NCBI GenBank assembly: GCA_045597465.1
Contig: JAZLKG010000103.1
Coordinates: 404-64,403, forward strand
Direction: 5' to 3'
Origin: Bacteroidales bacterium
Lineage (GTDB): Bacteria; Bacteroidota; Bacteroidia; Bacteroidales; UBA3824
Length of the DNA: 64,000 nucleotides
The position numbers were made by a program, and so were the translations under genes. The notes under the pieces are model-generated. The model saw only the letters and a list, made by a program, of their open reading frames with translations. It searched no databases and was not told where the DNA came from. Within the stretch, counting starts at the first letter, position 1. Each line of letters starts with the position of its first letter. This document shows, one piece after another, positions 17,283-28,704 of the stretch.

Positions 17283-17675
17283 TTACTTGAGAAGTTCGGC
17301 AGGCAAATCAATGGAAGCCTTGCCGGCAGATGTCTGGTATACGTATCTGATACCAACGCCAAGAGCGGCACAACCTTCGAAAAGCTCCTTGTCGGAAGCC
17401 TTGAGGTCATCAACGAGGGCAACCTTAGCCTCTTGAGGAGCATTTGCAATGGCCTCAAGATTGGTATCCTCTGGCACCGAATAATAGAAAACGACCCAAG
17501 AGCCTTCGGATTCCACCTTTTGCAAAACAACGCCATCGCCAAGGTCCTGAGGGCAACCCTCATTGGCAGAAGCGGCAAGTCCGGCTGCGGTAATACCGCC
17601 GCAGCTCTGAAGCATCAGGCCAAAGCCCATCACGAGGGCTACAAGGCCAAGATAAAATCTAGATAATCTTTTCAT
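17283..17675 (-). CDS. Hypothetical lipoprotein
   Basis: Start set at MKRLSRFYLGLVALVMGFGLMLQSCGG (signal peptide plus lipobox Cys). No recognisable domain. Confidence 0.65.
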   Translation of the reverse strand: MKRLSRFYLGLVALVMGFGLMLQSCGGITAAGLAASANEGCPQDLGDGVVLQKVESEGSWVVFYYSVPEDTNLEAIANAPQEAKVALVDDLKASDKELFEGCAALGVGIRYVYQTSAGKASIDLPAELLK

Positions 17676-17759
17676 GTTTATGTATGAATTTGTTTTTATA
17701 ATTACATCCTTTAGATAAGACAATGAGCAAAATTCCATAAAAAAATTTCGGAAATTTTT

Positions 17760-18959
17760 CTATGAAATTTTTCTCACTGGTATCAGCGAGGCCACAAAAC
17801 CTATCACAACCACCACGGCCACCGATGCAAGCACATCCATAAGCCTTATTTCAACGGGATATGTGTCGATAATGTAAGAGCCCTCGGGAAACGACAGAAA
17901 CCCGAAACTGATCTGGGCCCAGCATATCAGAAGCCCGATTACAAGGCCTGCCACAACGCCCGTAATGGTAATAAGCTGTCCCGTGCGCAGAAACACAGTC
18001 CTTAGGAAACCGCTGTTGGCGCCCAGGTTGCTGAGTGTCTGGATGTCATGTTTCTTGTCGATAATAAGCATTGTAAGCGCTCCTATTATGTTGAAAGATG
18101 CGATAACGATTATAAAGGACAGCATCACGAACACCGACAGTTTCTCACTGGCCATAATCCTGTAAAGCATGTCCTGCTGCTGAAACCTGTTTTTCACCAC
18201 GCATCCGGGGCCCAGCAATGCGGATATGCGACCGGCAACCACGGCAGCATCAGCACCGGGAAGCAAGGCCACCTCCAGCGACGACAGCTCAGTATCTCCA
18301 TACCGGAGCAGCCCGCGGGCAAACTCTATGGGCACTATCACATATCTGGAGTCGAAATCCTGATGGATATGGAAAATTCCAGAGGGGACTATGTATCCGC
18401 GGGCAAAACTCTCGTCGGGATTCAGCGACACCTTGGCATCACGCAGCGGCGCATACACGCAAAGGGGACGCACATTGTTGGTCTGAACCCACAGATATGC
18501 GGCGATATCAGCCCCAACCACGGCGTATGGCACACCGCTTTCGTCCCAGAGCTGATACTCGCCCTGATACACCGAGGCTCCTATGTTGCAGATTTCGGAA
18601 TAGTTGTAGTCCACGCCCTTGATGGTGGCTATGTGCTGGAGATTGTCATACTGGAAGAGTGTGGTCTCCTCTATGGACCGTGTCACGGCAGCCACTCCAT
18701 CCATGCCGGCTATGGCAGCCACGGCTGCGGAATCCAGCTCAAAGGTCTTTCCCTGCGAGGCCGACACCTTCAGGTCAGGATCAAACTGGTTTATCATGCT
18801 GGATATAAGGCCGTCGAAACCATTGAAGACCGACAGGATGACAATAAGCGCGGCAGTCATGCCCGCCACACCCACTACGGATATGATGGAGATGATGTTC
18901 ACCAGGCTTATCTTTCTGGCAAACAGGTAGCGGAATGCTATTTTCAGGGGCAGCTGCAT
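17760..18959 (-). CDS. FtsX-like ABC transporter permease (LolC/E family)
   Basis: 399 aa. N-terminal TM, a large periplasmic loop and three C-terminal TMs. N-terminus MQLPLKIAFRYLFARK is typical of LolE-like permeases. Confidence 0.82.
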   Translation of the reverse strand: MQLPLKIAFRYLFARKISLVNIISIISVVGVAGMTAALIVILSVFNGFDGLISSMINQFDPDLKVSASQGKTFELDSAAVAAIAGMDGVAAVTRSIEETTLFQYDNLQHIATIKGVDYNYSEICNIGASVYQGEYQLWDESGVPYAVVGADIAAYLWVQTNNVRPLCVYAPLRDAKVSLNPDESFARGYIVPSGIFHIHQDFDSRYVIVPIEFARGLLRYGDTELSSLEVALLPGADAAVVAGRISALLGPGCVVKNRFQQQDMLYRIMASEKLSVFVMLSFIIVIASFNIIGALTMLIIDKKHDIQTLSNLGANSGFLRTVFLRTGQLITITGVVAGLVIGLLICWAQISFGFLSFPEGSYIIDTYPVEIRLMDVLASVAVVVVIGFVASLIPVRKIS

Positions 18960-18978
18960 ACTGATTACAAATTGCGGA

Positions 18979-19788
18979 TTACTTTATAGCCTTTACTATC
19001 AGGCCTGTACCCTTGCTGTGGGTGGATAAGGTATCTATCCAGTTTAGCAAGAAACACCATGGATAGAATATCCAGTAATAAGGTATCAGGAGGATAAAGA
19101 AAAGCTTCGACTTGTTGAGCATCGTAATGGGCCACTTCATCGATAGAGTCCAGGCAATGGAGCCCGGAGTGCCATACGAGTAACGGGCCTCCACCTCGCT
19201 GAAACCGGCCTCGGCAAGCTTGCGCCTGATATCGTCGATATTGTAGCCGTCGCGCACATGCTCGTCGATGAAAGAGTGCTCGCCCTCGTCGTGGACATCG
19301 CTGCCGCCCTGGTCGCTCGGGGTCGATATCAGGAGAGTGCCGCCCTTCTTGAGCGATTTGGCGAAATTCAGGAACACCTTCCCGTCCTCCTGGATATGCT
19401 CCATGACATCCACCGACAGTATCATGTCGTACTCGTCCTCCCTTACAAAATCCGTGAGGTCGGCGTACTGGAAACTCACCCTCTCGCCGCGGCCTATCTT
19501 CTGGAAAAACTGGTTGCAGTCGTCAATCTGCTCCTGCTTGACATCCACACCAAGTATCTTGGCGTTGCTGATACGCGACGACATGTAATAGTCGTACTGG
19601 CCATATCCGCACCCGGCGTCAAGAATGCTGACAGAATCCCCTGTACGCTGGAAAATCTTGCGGAACTCGCGCTTGATATACCAGGCGCGCAGCAATAACA
19701 AGTCCAGCAGATGATAGAACAGCTTCCTGAGCCACAGGGCCTTGTTGAACACATTGCCAAGGGAGCGTTTTACTGGATCGTACTGCAT
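18979..19788 (-). CDS. Class I SAM-dependent methyltransferase with hydrophobic C-terminal tail
   Basis: Motif I ILDAGCGYGQ, post-I D (GVDV) and motif II DMILSVDVMEH. Confidence 0.8.
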   Translation of the reverse strand: MQYDPVKRSLGNVFNKALWLRKLFYHLLDLLLLRAWYIKREFRKIFQRTGDSVSILDAGCGYGQYDYYMSSRISNAKILGVDVKQEQIDDCNQFFQKIGRGERVSFQYADLTDFVREDEYDMILSVDVMEHIQEDGKVFLNFAKSLKKGGTLLISTPSDQGGSDVHDEGEHSFIDEHVRDGYNIDDIRRKLAEAGFSEVEARYSYGTPGSIAWTLSMKWPITMLNKSKLFFILLIPYYWIFYPWCFLLNWIDTLSTHSKGTGLIVKAIK

Positions 19789-19791
19789 GGC

Positions 19792-20166
19792 CTACTCCTG
19801 GTTTTCAGTTTTCTCGTTACGGAGGCTCTTGTCCTTGTCCAGCAGCTCGTTGATGCGCTCGGCATAATCGAGACTGTTGTCCATCATGAAGATGAGGTTG
19901 GGCACAATGCGGAGCTGATGCCTCACCTCCTTGCCAATGGCGAAACGTATATCCTTGGTTTTCACATCTATAAGATTGAAAACCTCCTGACGCTTGGTCT
20001 GAGGGAAAATGGATACGAAAACCCTGGCCTCGCTTAGGTCAAGAGTAATCCTTACCTCGGATACCGATATCATGGCTCCCGGATACTCTCCCGCATTGTG
20101 CAGGAAATAATTTGCCGCCTCCTTCAGGAGAAGCCGGCTTACTTTATTTTGTCTTGTATTGTCCAT
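19792..20166 (-). CDS. rbfA: Ribosome-binding factor A
   Basis: 124 aa. The pattern RQNKVSRLLLKE...VSEVRITLDLSEARVFVS is typical of RbfA. Confidence 0.85.
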   Translation of the reverse strand: MDNTRQNKVSRLLLKEAANYFLHNAGEYPGAMISVSEVRITLDLSEARVFVSIFPQTKRQEVFNLIDVKTKDIRFAIGKEVRHQLRIVPNLIFMMDNSLDYAERINELLDKDKSLRNEKTENQE

Positions 20167-20236
20167 CTAATGAAAATAATAAATTACAGCGCAAAGATAA
20201 TAACTATTTTATAATCGGCAAAAACAAAAAGACAAT

Positions 20237-20548
20237 CTACCCCTCGTATTTGGCCAATATCAGGGCCTCGCCATCCGCATCTATATATCCCTTGTTCTTG
20301 GCTGATACTATCACATCCAAAAGCGCATCCCTTGACACATTGAGCTCAAGGATGCTTTTATCTTGCAGGAGAGATTTCTCTGTAATGTTTACATGATAGG
20401 TGTCGTCGGCATTCAGCGATATCGTAAGAATATAATTACCAGTATGCATGACAAGGTCGTCCTTCCTGCTCCTGAAGAATGACACCCACAAATGATGGAG
20501 GCAGAAGCCTATCGCCGCCCCCGCAATCAATATTACAAGTATTCTCAT
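20237..20548 (-). CDS. Hypothetical small membrane-anchored protein
   Basis: 103 aa with one N-terminal TM (ILVILIAGAAIGFCLHHLWV). No motif recognised. Confidence 0.5.
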   Translation of the reverse strand: MRILVILIAGAAIGFCLHHLWVSFFRSRKDDLVMHTGNYILTISLNADDTYHVNITEKSLLQDKSILELNVSRDALLDVIVSAKNKGYIDADGEALILAKYEG

Positions 20549-20592
20549 TTTCTAAAAAACTCTTTTCAGTTTACTACAAACTTAAAACACAA

Positions 20593-20637
20593 ATGACACA
20601 GAAGCCACAAAATAGAATCTCGTGTCATCTGTGTCAT
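20593..20637 (-). terminator. Hairpin after atpG built from gtgtcatct words
   Basis: atgacacaga (20593-20602) pairs with tctgtgtcat (20628-20637). There is a tandem gtgtcatct x2. A T-rich tail follows on the minus strand. Confidence 0.5.
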
Positions 20638-20660
20638 CTGTGCGCTGATGCCGCCATCAT

Positions 20661-21521
20661 TTAGTTGGCATTGGCGCCTGATACAATCTCGATAATCTCG
20701 TTGGTGATGCTGGCCTGGCGCACCTTGTTGTACTGTAGGTTGAGGTCCTTGATGAGCTCGGTGGCGTTGTCGGTAGCCTTGTTCATGGAGGTCATGCGCG
20801 CGCCCTGCTCTCCGGCAAAACTCTCGGCAAGCGAGCTGAAAAGCGTAAGCCTCAGCCACTGCGGTATGAGAGAGCTCACAATCTTCTCCTTGTCGGGCTC
20901 AAAGATGTAATCACTCTTGAACTTGGAATCTCCGGCCTCGAACCTCAAAGGCAGGAAAACACCCTCGGACACATTCTGCACGGCGGGGTTCACAAATTCA
21001 TTGAAAACAATCTTCACGCTGTCGAAACCGCCGTCCACAAAAACCTCAGAAACCTCGTTGGCTATGGCGGCCGACTTCTGGTAATCCACAGAATCCACAG
21101 CGTCGGTATCAGACTTGTATACCGAGTATCCCGATTTTGCAAGCAGTTCCGAGATCTTGCGGCCTATGGCATAGAACTTCACCGTTACGCCCTTGGCCAT
21201 CTCGCGGTCGGCAAGCTGGGCGCAATATTTGAAAACATTGCTATTGAAACCTCCACAAAGGCCCTTGTTGGAGCTTACGGCTATCACGAGCATATTCTTT
21301 ACCTCGCGCTGCGAGGTATAGATATTTTCGTCGTTGTCGGCCAGAGTCTCCGACAGCACAGACAGCACCTCCTGCATCTTGTTCTTGTAGGGAACAATCT
21401 TGGAGACGAAATTCTGAGCCTTTCTAAGTTTTGCAGCAGCCACCATCTTCATAGCTGATGTAATCTGACGGGTGGATGTTACTGAAGCTATTCTGCTGCG
21501 TATTTCCTTCAAATTTGCCAT
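20661..21521 (-). CDS. atpG: F0F1 ATP synthase subunit gamma
   Basis: N-terminus MANLKEIRSRIASVTSTRQITSAMKMVAAAKLRKAQ and C-terminus ITNEIIEIVSGA. Confidence 0.95.
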   Translation of the reverse strand: MANLKEIRSRIASVTSTRQITSAMKMVAAAKLRKAQNFVSKIVPYKNKMQEVLSVLSETLADNDENIYTSQREVKNMLVIAVSSNKGLCGGFNSNVFKYCAQLADREMAKGVTVKFYAIGRKISELLAKSGYSVYKSDTDAVDSVDYQKSAAIANEVSEVFVDGGFDSVKIVFNEFVNPAVQNVSEGVFLPLRFEAGDSKFKSDYIFEPDKEKIVSSLIPQWLRLTLFSSLAESFAGEQGARMTSMNKATDNATELIKDLNLQYNKVRQASITNEIIEIVSGANAN

Positions 21522-21651
21522 AGCAATATTTATAAGTGAATGTTTCTATATTCCTGACCGTAAATTTACGGAACCAAAAATCAAAATTAACGGAGAAGCG
21601 GCATCCACGGATACCGCTCCACCGTATTATTGTAGAATGAGAGATAATTAA

Positions 21652-23235
21652 CTATTCCTTGTAATTGGAAGCCACATCCTTGGCCACAGTCTCGATGATC
21701 TTGGAGATATCATCGTTGATTACGCCCTTGCTCAAAGGCTCGAGCACGTCGGCGGCGTGTACAGCCTCCAGCTTGTCGAGGAATTCCTTCTCGAACTCGG
21801 CCACCTTCTTCAAAGGCACCTCGCGCATCAAGTTGTGGGTACCGCAGTATAGGATGGCAATCTGCTGCTCCACGCGGTATGGACTATACTGAGGCTGCTT
21901 GAGGATCTCGACATTTCGGCGACCCTTGTCGAGCACTGCTATGGTAGCCGCGTCGAGGTCCGAACCGAATTTTGAGAACGCCTCCAGCTCACGGAACTGG
22001 GCCTGGTCGAGCTTCAATGTACCTGCCACCTTCTTCATGGCCTTTATCTGGGCGCTACCACCCACGCGCGATACCGAGATACCCACGTTGATGGCTGGAC
22101 GCACACCGGCATTGAAGAGATTGGATTCCAAGAATATCTGACCATCGGTAATGGAGATTACGTTGGTAGGGATATAAGCGGAAACGTCACCGGCCTGAGT
22201 CTCGATGATAGGCAGCGCGGTAAGCGAACCGCCACCCTTTACGAGATGCTTGATAGACTCGGGAACGTCGTTCATCTGACGGGCCACCTCGTCATTGCTG
22301 ATGATCTTGGCGGCTCTCTCGAGAAGACGCGAGTGCAGGTAGAATACATCGCCAGGGTAAGCCTCACGTCCTGGTGGACGGCGGAGGAGCAACGACACCT
22401 CGCGGTAGCTGACAGCCTGCTTGCTCAGGTCATCATAAACGATGAGCGCGGCACGGCCAGTATCGCGGAAAAACTCGCCGATGGCGGCTCCGGCGTATGG
22501 AGCGTAATACTGCAAAGCGGCAGGATCTGATGCTGATGCCGACACGATAACGGTATAAGGCATTGCGCCCTTTTCCTCCAGAGTCTTTGCAATAGATGCC
22601 ACTGTAGAGCCTTTCTGACCTATTGCGACATAGATACAGTAAACGGGCTCGCCCTTTTCATAGAATTCCTTCTGATTGATGATAGTATCGATGGCGATGG
22701 CAGACTTACCAGTCTGACGGTCGCCGATGATAAGCTCACGCTGGCCACGTCCGATAGGAATCATGGCGTCGATAGCCTTGATACCAGTCTGGAGAGGCTC
22801 CTTAACCGGCTGACGGTACAATACACCCGGAGCCTTGCGCTCGAGAGGCATGTTGTAGAGTTCTCCGGTAATCTCGCCCTTGCCGTCGAGAGGCTCGCCC
22901 AGAGTGTTTACCACACGGCCAAGCACGCCCTCGCCCACATTGATAGAGGCGATTTTGTTTGTGCGCTTCACTTGAGTACCCTCGTGGATACCATCGGAAG
23001 AGCCCAGAAGCACGGCACCAACGTTATCCTCCTCCAGGTTGAGGACGATACCCTTGACACCATTCTCGAACTCAATCATCTCGCCGGCCTGCACGTTGCT
23101 GAGGCCGTAGATGAGCGCAGTACCATCGGCCACCTGCAATACCGATCCCACCTCGTTGAGAGAAACCTCGGTATCGATACCCTGCAGCTGACGCTTTATG
23201 ATCTCGGATACTTCACCTGCTTTTATTGAAGCCAT
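21652..23235 (-). CDS. atpA: F0F1 ATP synthase subunit alpha
   Basis: Walker A GDRQTGKS. High overall resemblance to AtpA. Confidence 0.97.
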   Translation of the reverse strand: MASIKAGEVSEIIKRQLQGIDTEVSLNEVGSVLQVADGTALIYGLSNVQAGEMIEFENGVKGIVLNLEEDNVGAVLLGSSDGIHEGTQVKRTNKIASINVGEGVLGRVVNTLGEPLDGKGEITGELYNMPLERKAPGVLYRQPVKEPLQTGIKAIDAMIPIGRGQRELIIGDRQTGKSAIAIDTIINQKEFYEKGEPVYCIYVAIGQKGSTVASIAKTLEEKGAMPYTVIVSASASDPAALQYYAPYAGAAIGEFFRDTGRAALIVYDDLSKQAVSYREVSLLLRRPPGREAYPGDVFYLHSRLLERAAKIISNDEVARQMNDVPESIKHLVKGGGSLTALPIIETQAGDVSAYIPTNVISITDGQIFLESNLFNAGVRPAINVGISVSRVGGSAQIKAMKKVAGTLKLDQAQFRELEAFSKFGSDLDAATIAVLDKGRRNVEILKQPQYSPYRVEQQIAILYCGTHNLMREVPLKKVAEFEKEFLDKLEAVHAADVLEPLSKGVINDDISKIIETVAKDVASNYKE

Positions 23236-23255
23236 AGTTCTGAGTATTTAGTATT

Positions 23256-23786
23256 TTACTTTAAATTTTCCTTTATCTTTGCAAGCTGGGTTCTCACGCT
23301 TGCATCGTAAACCTTGTCGTCGATCTGCACTATGATACCGCCAATGATACCGGGATCCACCTCTGGGGTAAGCTCCACGGCAGACGCGCCGGCACCGGCT
23401 ATCTCCCTTACCTTGGCCGCAACATCGGCAGAAATCTCTACGGCAGATGTCACCTTTACCCTGCGGATATTCTTGTATCTGGCGTAGAACTCCAGAAAAT
23501 CGAGACAGATAATCCTCAGGTAATTCTCACGCTTGTTTTTCACAAGCACTTTCAGGAAATCCATCGTGAGCTTGCAGAAACTGGATGCGAATAGCGACTC
23601 GAAAATCTCCATCTTCCTGGTATCCGCAATCACGGGACTCTCCAATACAGCCCTCAGCTCATTGGAACCGGCAATGCAGTCTCTCAGAGTTTCCACATCG
23701 CCCTTTACAACAGTGTCGCATTTCTGCTCTACCGCGGTCTGGAACAATGCCTTGGCATATCTTACCGATATCTTGCTGTCGTTCAT
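23256..23786 (-). CDS. atpH: F0F1 ATP synthase subunit delta
   Basis: 176 aa. N-terminus SVRYAKALF. Positioned between atpF and atpA. Confidence 0.88.
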   Translation of the reverse strand: MNDSKISVRYAKALFQTAVEQKCDTVVKGDVETLRDCIAGSNELRAVLESPVIADTRKMEIFESLFASSFCKLTMDFLKVLVKNKRENYLRIICLDFLEFYARYKNIRRVKVTSAVEISADVAAKVREIAGAGASAVELTPEVDPGIIGGIIVQIDDKVYDASVRTQLAKIKENLK

Positions 23787-23807
23787 AGTGTAAAATAGAT
23801 TATCCGG

Positions 23808-24302
23808 TTAGTTGAGAGTAATATTTTTAACAAGGTCGTTTACGTAATCGCCCTGCTTGATATCCGAGCTGAGCTCCCTGCGGAGGATCTTCTCGGCTAT
23901 CTCTACTGACAGTTCGGCCACCTTGCCTGAAATCTCGGCCATTGCAGCCTCCTTCTCGGCGGCAATCTCCTGGCGGGCGGCGAGGAGAATCTTGTCGGCC
24001 TCCGCCTTTGCGGCAGACTGAGCCTCAGCCACAATCTGGTCCTTGGTGGTTTTGGCCTCTCGGAGCAAGGCGTCGCGCTCTGCACGCGCCTCCTTCATGA
24101 TAGCCTCGTTTTGGGCATTGAGCTTCTCCATCTCGGCCCTGGCTGCCTGGGCGGAGTCCAGAGACTTGTTGATCTCGTCCTCGCGGTCCTGAAGCATCTT
24201 CATGATTGGCTTCCAGGCAAACTTGGCCAGGATAAAGAACAGAATGCCGAACGAAACCAGCATCCAAAACAGAAGTCCTAAACCCGGGGTTAATAAATCC
24301 AT
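23808..24302 (-). CDS. atpF: F0F1 ATP synthase subunit B
   Basis: Single N-terminal TM followed by a long charged helix. Its operon position fits. Confidence 0.9.
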   Translation of the reverse strand: MDLLTPGLGLLFWMLVSFGILFFILAKFAWKPIMKMLQDREDEINKSLDSAQAARAEMEKLNAQNEAIMKEARAERDALLREAKTTKDQIVAEAQSAAKAEADKILLAARQEIAAEKEAAMAEISGKVAELSVEIAEKILRRELSSDIKQGDYVNDLVKNITLN

Positions 24303-24430
24303 ATCGTTTACAAGTTAAAAAAGTTGAAGTAATCTAAAACCAATGTCCCGGCATCAGGCCCGTTGCCAACCGCATTGCGGCCTGATGACTGAGACAGAGA
24401 TTTTTCCTGTGGCTGATATCAGCCAAAATG

Positions 24431-24736
<306 letters not shown>

Positions 24737-24754
24737 TTATTGTCTACAATTTTA

Positions 24755-25837
24755 TCAGTGGGCCTCCACGGCCTCATGCTCCTCGCCTCCGCCTACAGCC
24801 ATGCTGAAGTAGATGGACGAGAGCAGGGTGAACACATACGCCTGGATGAAAGCCACCAAGAGCTCCAACACCGACATAAACACTGTGAACACTATAGAGA
24901 ACGATGCCACGCCGTAGCCCGCTGTTGGCGAGTTGGCGCCAAAGATGAATATCAGCGAGTAGAAGGCCAGCGCTATGATGTGGCCCGCGGTGATGTTGGC
25001 GAAAAGTCGTATCATAAGCACGATAGGCTTTGTGAACACGCCGATAAGCTCCACAAGGGGAATTATTGGCGGACACTTGAGCCATACAGGCACGCCGTGA
25101 GGCCAGAAAATGTCGATCCAGTAATGCTTGTTGCCCGAGAATGTGGTAATCACGAATGTAAACAGGGCCAAAACGCATGTTACAGCGATGTTGCCCGTTA
25201 CATTGGCGCCACCCGGAAGGAAAGGCACAAGTCCCAGAAGGTTGTTGATGAAGATGAAGAAGAACACCGTGAGCAGGAAAGGCATGAACTTGTCGCCATA
25301 CTTCTTGCCGAGCGATGCGTATGCAATATCGTTCCTCACTGTCATCACCAGCATCTCCACGCCATTCCAGAGACCCTTGGGAGCGCGTCCCACGTTTTTC
25401 TCGTAATGCTTGCGGAGTCCTATGAATATAAGGCAGATGATAATCATGCTCACGAATATGGCGGCCACATTCTTGGTGATGGAGAAATCCCAGGGACGCA
25501 CCTCCTCCCCATTGACAATCTCCACAATCTTGCCCTCGTATTTCTCCGACTCGCTGATGCGGAAGCCCTCGTATTCGGCCTCGCCGTGATGGAGATTGCT
25601 GAAGCAGAACATGTGGAAACCTGATGTCTCACTATAGAGAATACAAGGCAGGGGCAACGACAGATGGAAATCGCCGATAGTAGCCATGTGCCACTCGTAC
25701 GAATCGCCCACATGGTGAAGGATAAACTCACCAGGCTTGAAAGCCTCGGCCTGATGCTCCTCCTGGGCAATAGCCACCGATACATTCGCCATGATAAACA
25801 TGAGCGCTACGAATATTATTCTCTTAAACAAATTCAT
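24755..25837 (-). CDS. atpB: F0F1 ATP synthase subunit A (long N-terminal extension)
   Basis: Conserved RLFANITAGH arginine motif, polytopic, first gene of the cluster. Confidence 0.93.
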   Translation of the reverse strand: MNLFKRIIFVALMFIMANVSVAIAQEEHQAEAFKPGEFILHHVGDSYEWHMATIGDFHLSLPLPCILYSETSGFHMFCFSNLHHGEAEYEGFRISESEKYEGKIVEIVNGEEVRPWDFSITKNVAAIFVSMIIICLIFIGLRKHYEKNVGRAPKGLWNGVEMLVMTVRNDIAYASLGKKYGDKFMPFLLTVFFFIFINNLLGLVPFLPGGANVTGNIAVTCVLALFTFVITTFSGNKHYWIDIFWPHGVPVWLKCPPIIPLVELIGVFTKPIVLMIRLFANITAGHIIALAFYSLIFIFGANSPTAGYGVASFSIVFTVFMSVLELLVAFIQAYVFTLLSSIYFSMAVGGGEEHEAVEAH

Positions 25838-26083
25838 AATATTTTGTGATTTAGCTGTCCGCTATATTATACATTTTTTGGTCTCCTAAAATTATGAATA
25901 AATATTTTCACTGGCAAAATTTTTTGACACTTTTTTTTCATTTTTTTAATATATGCTTAATATACGCATTTTTCCGCTACAATAAAATAGCAAATCCTCA
26001 GTAATATAAAAACCAATTACAAGGCGCTGCAAGTAAAAAAACATAATAATAAAGCGAGAGTTGCAATAAATCAAAAAAAATTA

Positions 26084-26091
26084 TAACTTTG
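26084..26091 (+). promoter_or_regulatory. Bacteroidota -7 box (TAnnTTTG) for trpS
   Basis: TAACTTTG lies 46 nt upstream of ATG 26137, in an AT-rich divergent intergenic region. Confidence 0.4.
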
Positions 26092-26136
26092 CGGTCATTA
26101 TTATAAAAGGTATAACACAAAACTAAACATATCAAA

Positions 26137-27132
26137 ATGCAGACAGTATTAAGCGGAATACGCCCAACAGGTGACCTCCACCTTGGCAACTATTTCGGAG
26201 CCTTGAGGAATTTCGTAAGAATGCAGGACGACTACAATTGTTTCTTCTTTGTAGCTGACTACCATTCTCTTACCACACATCCTCATCCAGACGACATCCA
26301 GAAAAACGTAAGAAAAATCCTCAGCCAATACATAGCAGCCGGCCTCGACCCCGAGAAATGCACCCTCTACGTGCAGAGCGACCTTTTCGAGACAGCAGAG
26401 TTCTACATGCTCATGAACATGAACGCCTACATAGGCGAGCTGGAGCGTGTGGTATCTTTCAAGGACAAGGCGCGTCAGAATCCAGACAACGTAAACGCCG
26501 GCCTGCTCACCTACGCCGTGCTCATGGCCTGCGACATCCTTATCCAGAAGGCCGACCTCGTACCGGTAGGAAAGGATCAGGAGCAGCATCTGGAGATGAC
26601 ATGCAAGTTTGCCCGCAGATTCAACAACATGTATGGCGTGGAATACTTCAAGGAGCCAAAGGCATTCTCTTTCGGCGACAAGCTCGTAAAGGTTCCCGGC
26701 CTCGACGGATCGGGCAAGATGGGCAAGAGCGAGGGCAACTGCGTTTACCTGCTCGACAGCGACAAGGACATCCGCAAGAAAGTGATGAAGGCCGTAACAG
26801 ACTCAGGCCCAACAGAGCCAAACAGCCAGAAGCCAGAGGTAATCCAGAACCTCTTCACCATAATGGACCTCGTATCCGACAAGAGCACCATCGAGCATTT
26901 CGACGCCGCCTGGAACGACTGCTCTATCCGCTACGGCGACATGAAGAAGCAGCTGGCCGAGGACATCATCAAGGTGGTGACCCCAATCCGCGAGCGCATC
27001 AACGATATCTACAACGACGTTGACTACCTTGAGAAAGTGGCCCGCCTCGGCGCCGAGAAGGCACGTGTACAGGCTCAGAAAACAGTGGAGGAAGTTCGCC
27101 AGATCTTCGGTTTCCGTGCCAAGCATTATTAA
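26137..27132 (+). CDS. trpS: Tryptophan--tRNA ligase
   Basis: HIGH-type TGDLHLGNY and KMSKS-type KMGKS motifs. 331 aa. Confidence 0.95.
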   Translation: MQTVLSGIRPTGDLHLGNYFGALRNFVRMQDDYNCFFFVADYHSLTTHPHPDDIQKNVRKILSQYIAAGLDPEKCTLYVQSDLFETAEFYMLMNMNAYIGELERVVSFKDKARQNPDNVNAGLLTYAVLMACDILIQKADLVPVGKDQEQHLEMTCKFARRFNNMYGVEYFKEPKAFSFGDKLVKVPGLDGSGKMGKSEGNCVYLLDSDKDIRKKVMKAVTDSGPTEPNSQKPEVIQNLFTIMDLVSDKSTIEHFDAAWNDCSIRYGDMKKQLAEDIIKVVTPIRERINDIYNDVDYLEKVARLGAEKARVQAQKTVEEVRQIFGFRAKHY

Positions 27133-27140
27133 TAGTGGAA

Positions 27141-27180
27141 AGTGGAAAGCTTAAAGTGTAAAGCTTTCCACTTTAAGCTT
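27141..27180 (+). terminator. trpS terminator with two mutually exclusive hairpins
   Basis: agtggaaagctt/aagctttccact (27141-27172) and aagcttaaagtg/cactttaagctt (27147-27180) overlap. Followed by tt. Confidence 0.6.
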
Positions 27181-27204
27181 TTAATCATATAAGCAAACAA
27201 AAAA

Positions 27205-27708
27205 ATGGGAGTAAGCGAAAAGGAGTTTGAAACACTATTCAAAAAGTACTTTGTTGCCATTACATCCTACATCAACCGTTTTGTGAACAACGTGGACGAT
27301 GCCAAGGATATAGCCCACAAGGCTTTTATGAAGGTCTGGGAGAAACGCGACTCGATACCCGAGGGCAGCAACATCCCGGCTCTTCTGTATCGCATTTCCC
27401 ACAACCTGAGCATCAACTATATCCGGGACAACAAGAAATTCACTTCGAGCGACGACATGCCGCTCACCGAGACCGACAACCACGAGGCTGATTCCGACAT
27501 AAGGGCAGCAGAGCTGGAATCGGCAATAGTGGAGACCGTGCAGCACATGCCCGAGAAGATAAGGCAGGTGTTTGTGCTCAGCCGCTACGAGAAACTGGGC
27601 AACAGCAAAATTGCCGAGCAGCTGGGCATATCGATAAAGACTGTGGAGGCCCACATAACATCGGCACTGAAGGCACTGAGGCTCAAAATTTTCGGAAAAG
27701 AGAAATAA
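27205..27708 (+). CDS. ECF-type RNA polymerase sigma-70 factor
   Basis: 167 aa with region 2 (AKDIAHKAFMKVWEKR) and a region 4 HTH (NSKIAEQLGISIKTVEAHI). Confidence 0.88.
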   Translation: MGVSEKEFETLFKKYFVAITSYINRFVNNVDDAKDIAHKAFMKVWEKRDSIPEGSNIPALLYRISHNLSINYIRDNKKFTSSDDMPLTETDNHEADSDIRAAELESAIVETVQHMPEKIRQVFVLSRYEKLGNSKIAEQLGISIKTVEAHITSALKALRLKIFGKEK

Positions 27709-27854
27709 ATATCAGAATTTTAACATTTTTATTAGGGTTGCTGACTAATCACGTGTTATGTTAAGAAAATATTGTATGATTTTTGCATACAGAAAAAATG
27801 CTTACTATATATTAAGAGTCAACTTATTTTTGAGAACTAAATCTTTGAAACCAA

Positions 27855-28694
27855 ATGAACCGCAACAACGAAATACCTGACTTATCGGACATCAGGCTAT
27901 TGGATATTGACACTGGCGCGGAATGGAACAAATTCAAGGCTGCGGCAGGCATCAGAGAGCCTAAGGTCTTTAGTCTACGAAACTTATGGAAAGTGGCGGC
28001 ATCAGTGATACTGATAGCCGGTGCGAGTATTTTGGCATATAGCTATCTTGGAGGCCCCAAGGCTGAGACTTACGCATCAGCCGACAAGGCCATGGAGACT
28101 ATTGTGGAGACATCCACACAGATAAGCCTCAACAAGAACAGCGCCATAACATGCACCGACAACCGCGACAACGGAGAATACACCGTAAAACTGCACGGCG
28201 AGGCTTACTTCGACGTGGAGAAAAACCCGGCGCGCACTTTCAAGATCTCCACCGAGGACCTCACAGTGATAGTACACGGCACATCGTTCAATATATGCGA
28301 GCATGCCGACGAGACCACTGTCACTGTAACATCAGGAAACGTGGAGGTAAGATCCAACTCCAACAACGCCATGGTCAACAACATTACCAGGGGCGGCCAG
28401 GTGACTTGCCACAAAAACGGCGAGATAGAAGTGAGCGAGGTCAAAAACTTCAACAACATTGCATGGAAACTTCGCCAGCTGGATTTCTGCGATACTCCAA
28501 TGCACGAAATCATGGAGCAACTGAGCAAGGTATACGATTTCAGATACAAGTTTGCCGACGAGGAGACCGCCAACGCCACAGTAACCGGCAAATTCGACAA
28601 CCAGGAGCTTCAGCCTATATTCAACATACTGGAACAGGCCCTCGACCTAAAAATAGAACGGGGATCCAACGGGGTATGGACCATAGGCAAGTAA
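27855..28694 (+). CDS. FecR family anti-sigma factor
   Basis: Central TM (VAASVILIAGASILAYSYL), a FecR-like periplasmic domain (GEAYFDVEKNPARTFKI, VHGTSFN) and its position between the ECF sigma and the receptor. Confidence 0.85.
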   Translation: MNRNNEIPDLSDIRLLDIDTGAEWNKFKAAAGIREPKVFSLRNLWKVAASVILIAGASILAYSYLGGPKAETYASADKAMETIVETSTQISLNKNSAITCTDNRDNGEYTVKLHGEAYFDVEKNPARTFKISTEDLTVIVHGTSFNICEHADETTVTVTSGNVEVRSNSNNAMVNNITRGGQVTCHKNGEIEVSEVKNFNNIAWKLRQLDFCDTPMHEIMEQLSKVYDFRYKFADEETANATVTGKFDNQELQPIFNILEQALDLKIERGSNGVWTIGK

Positions 28695-28704
28695 GGAAAT
28701 ATAG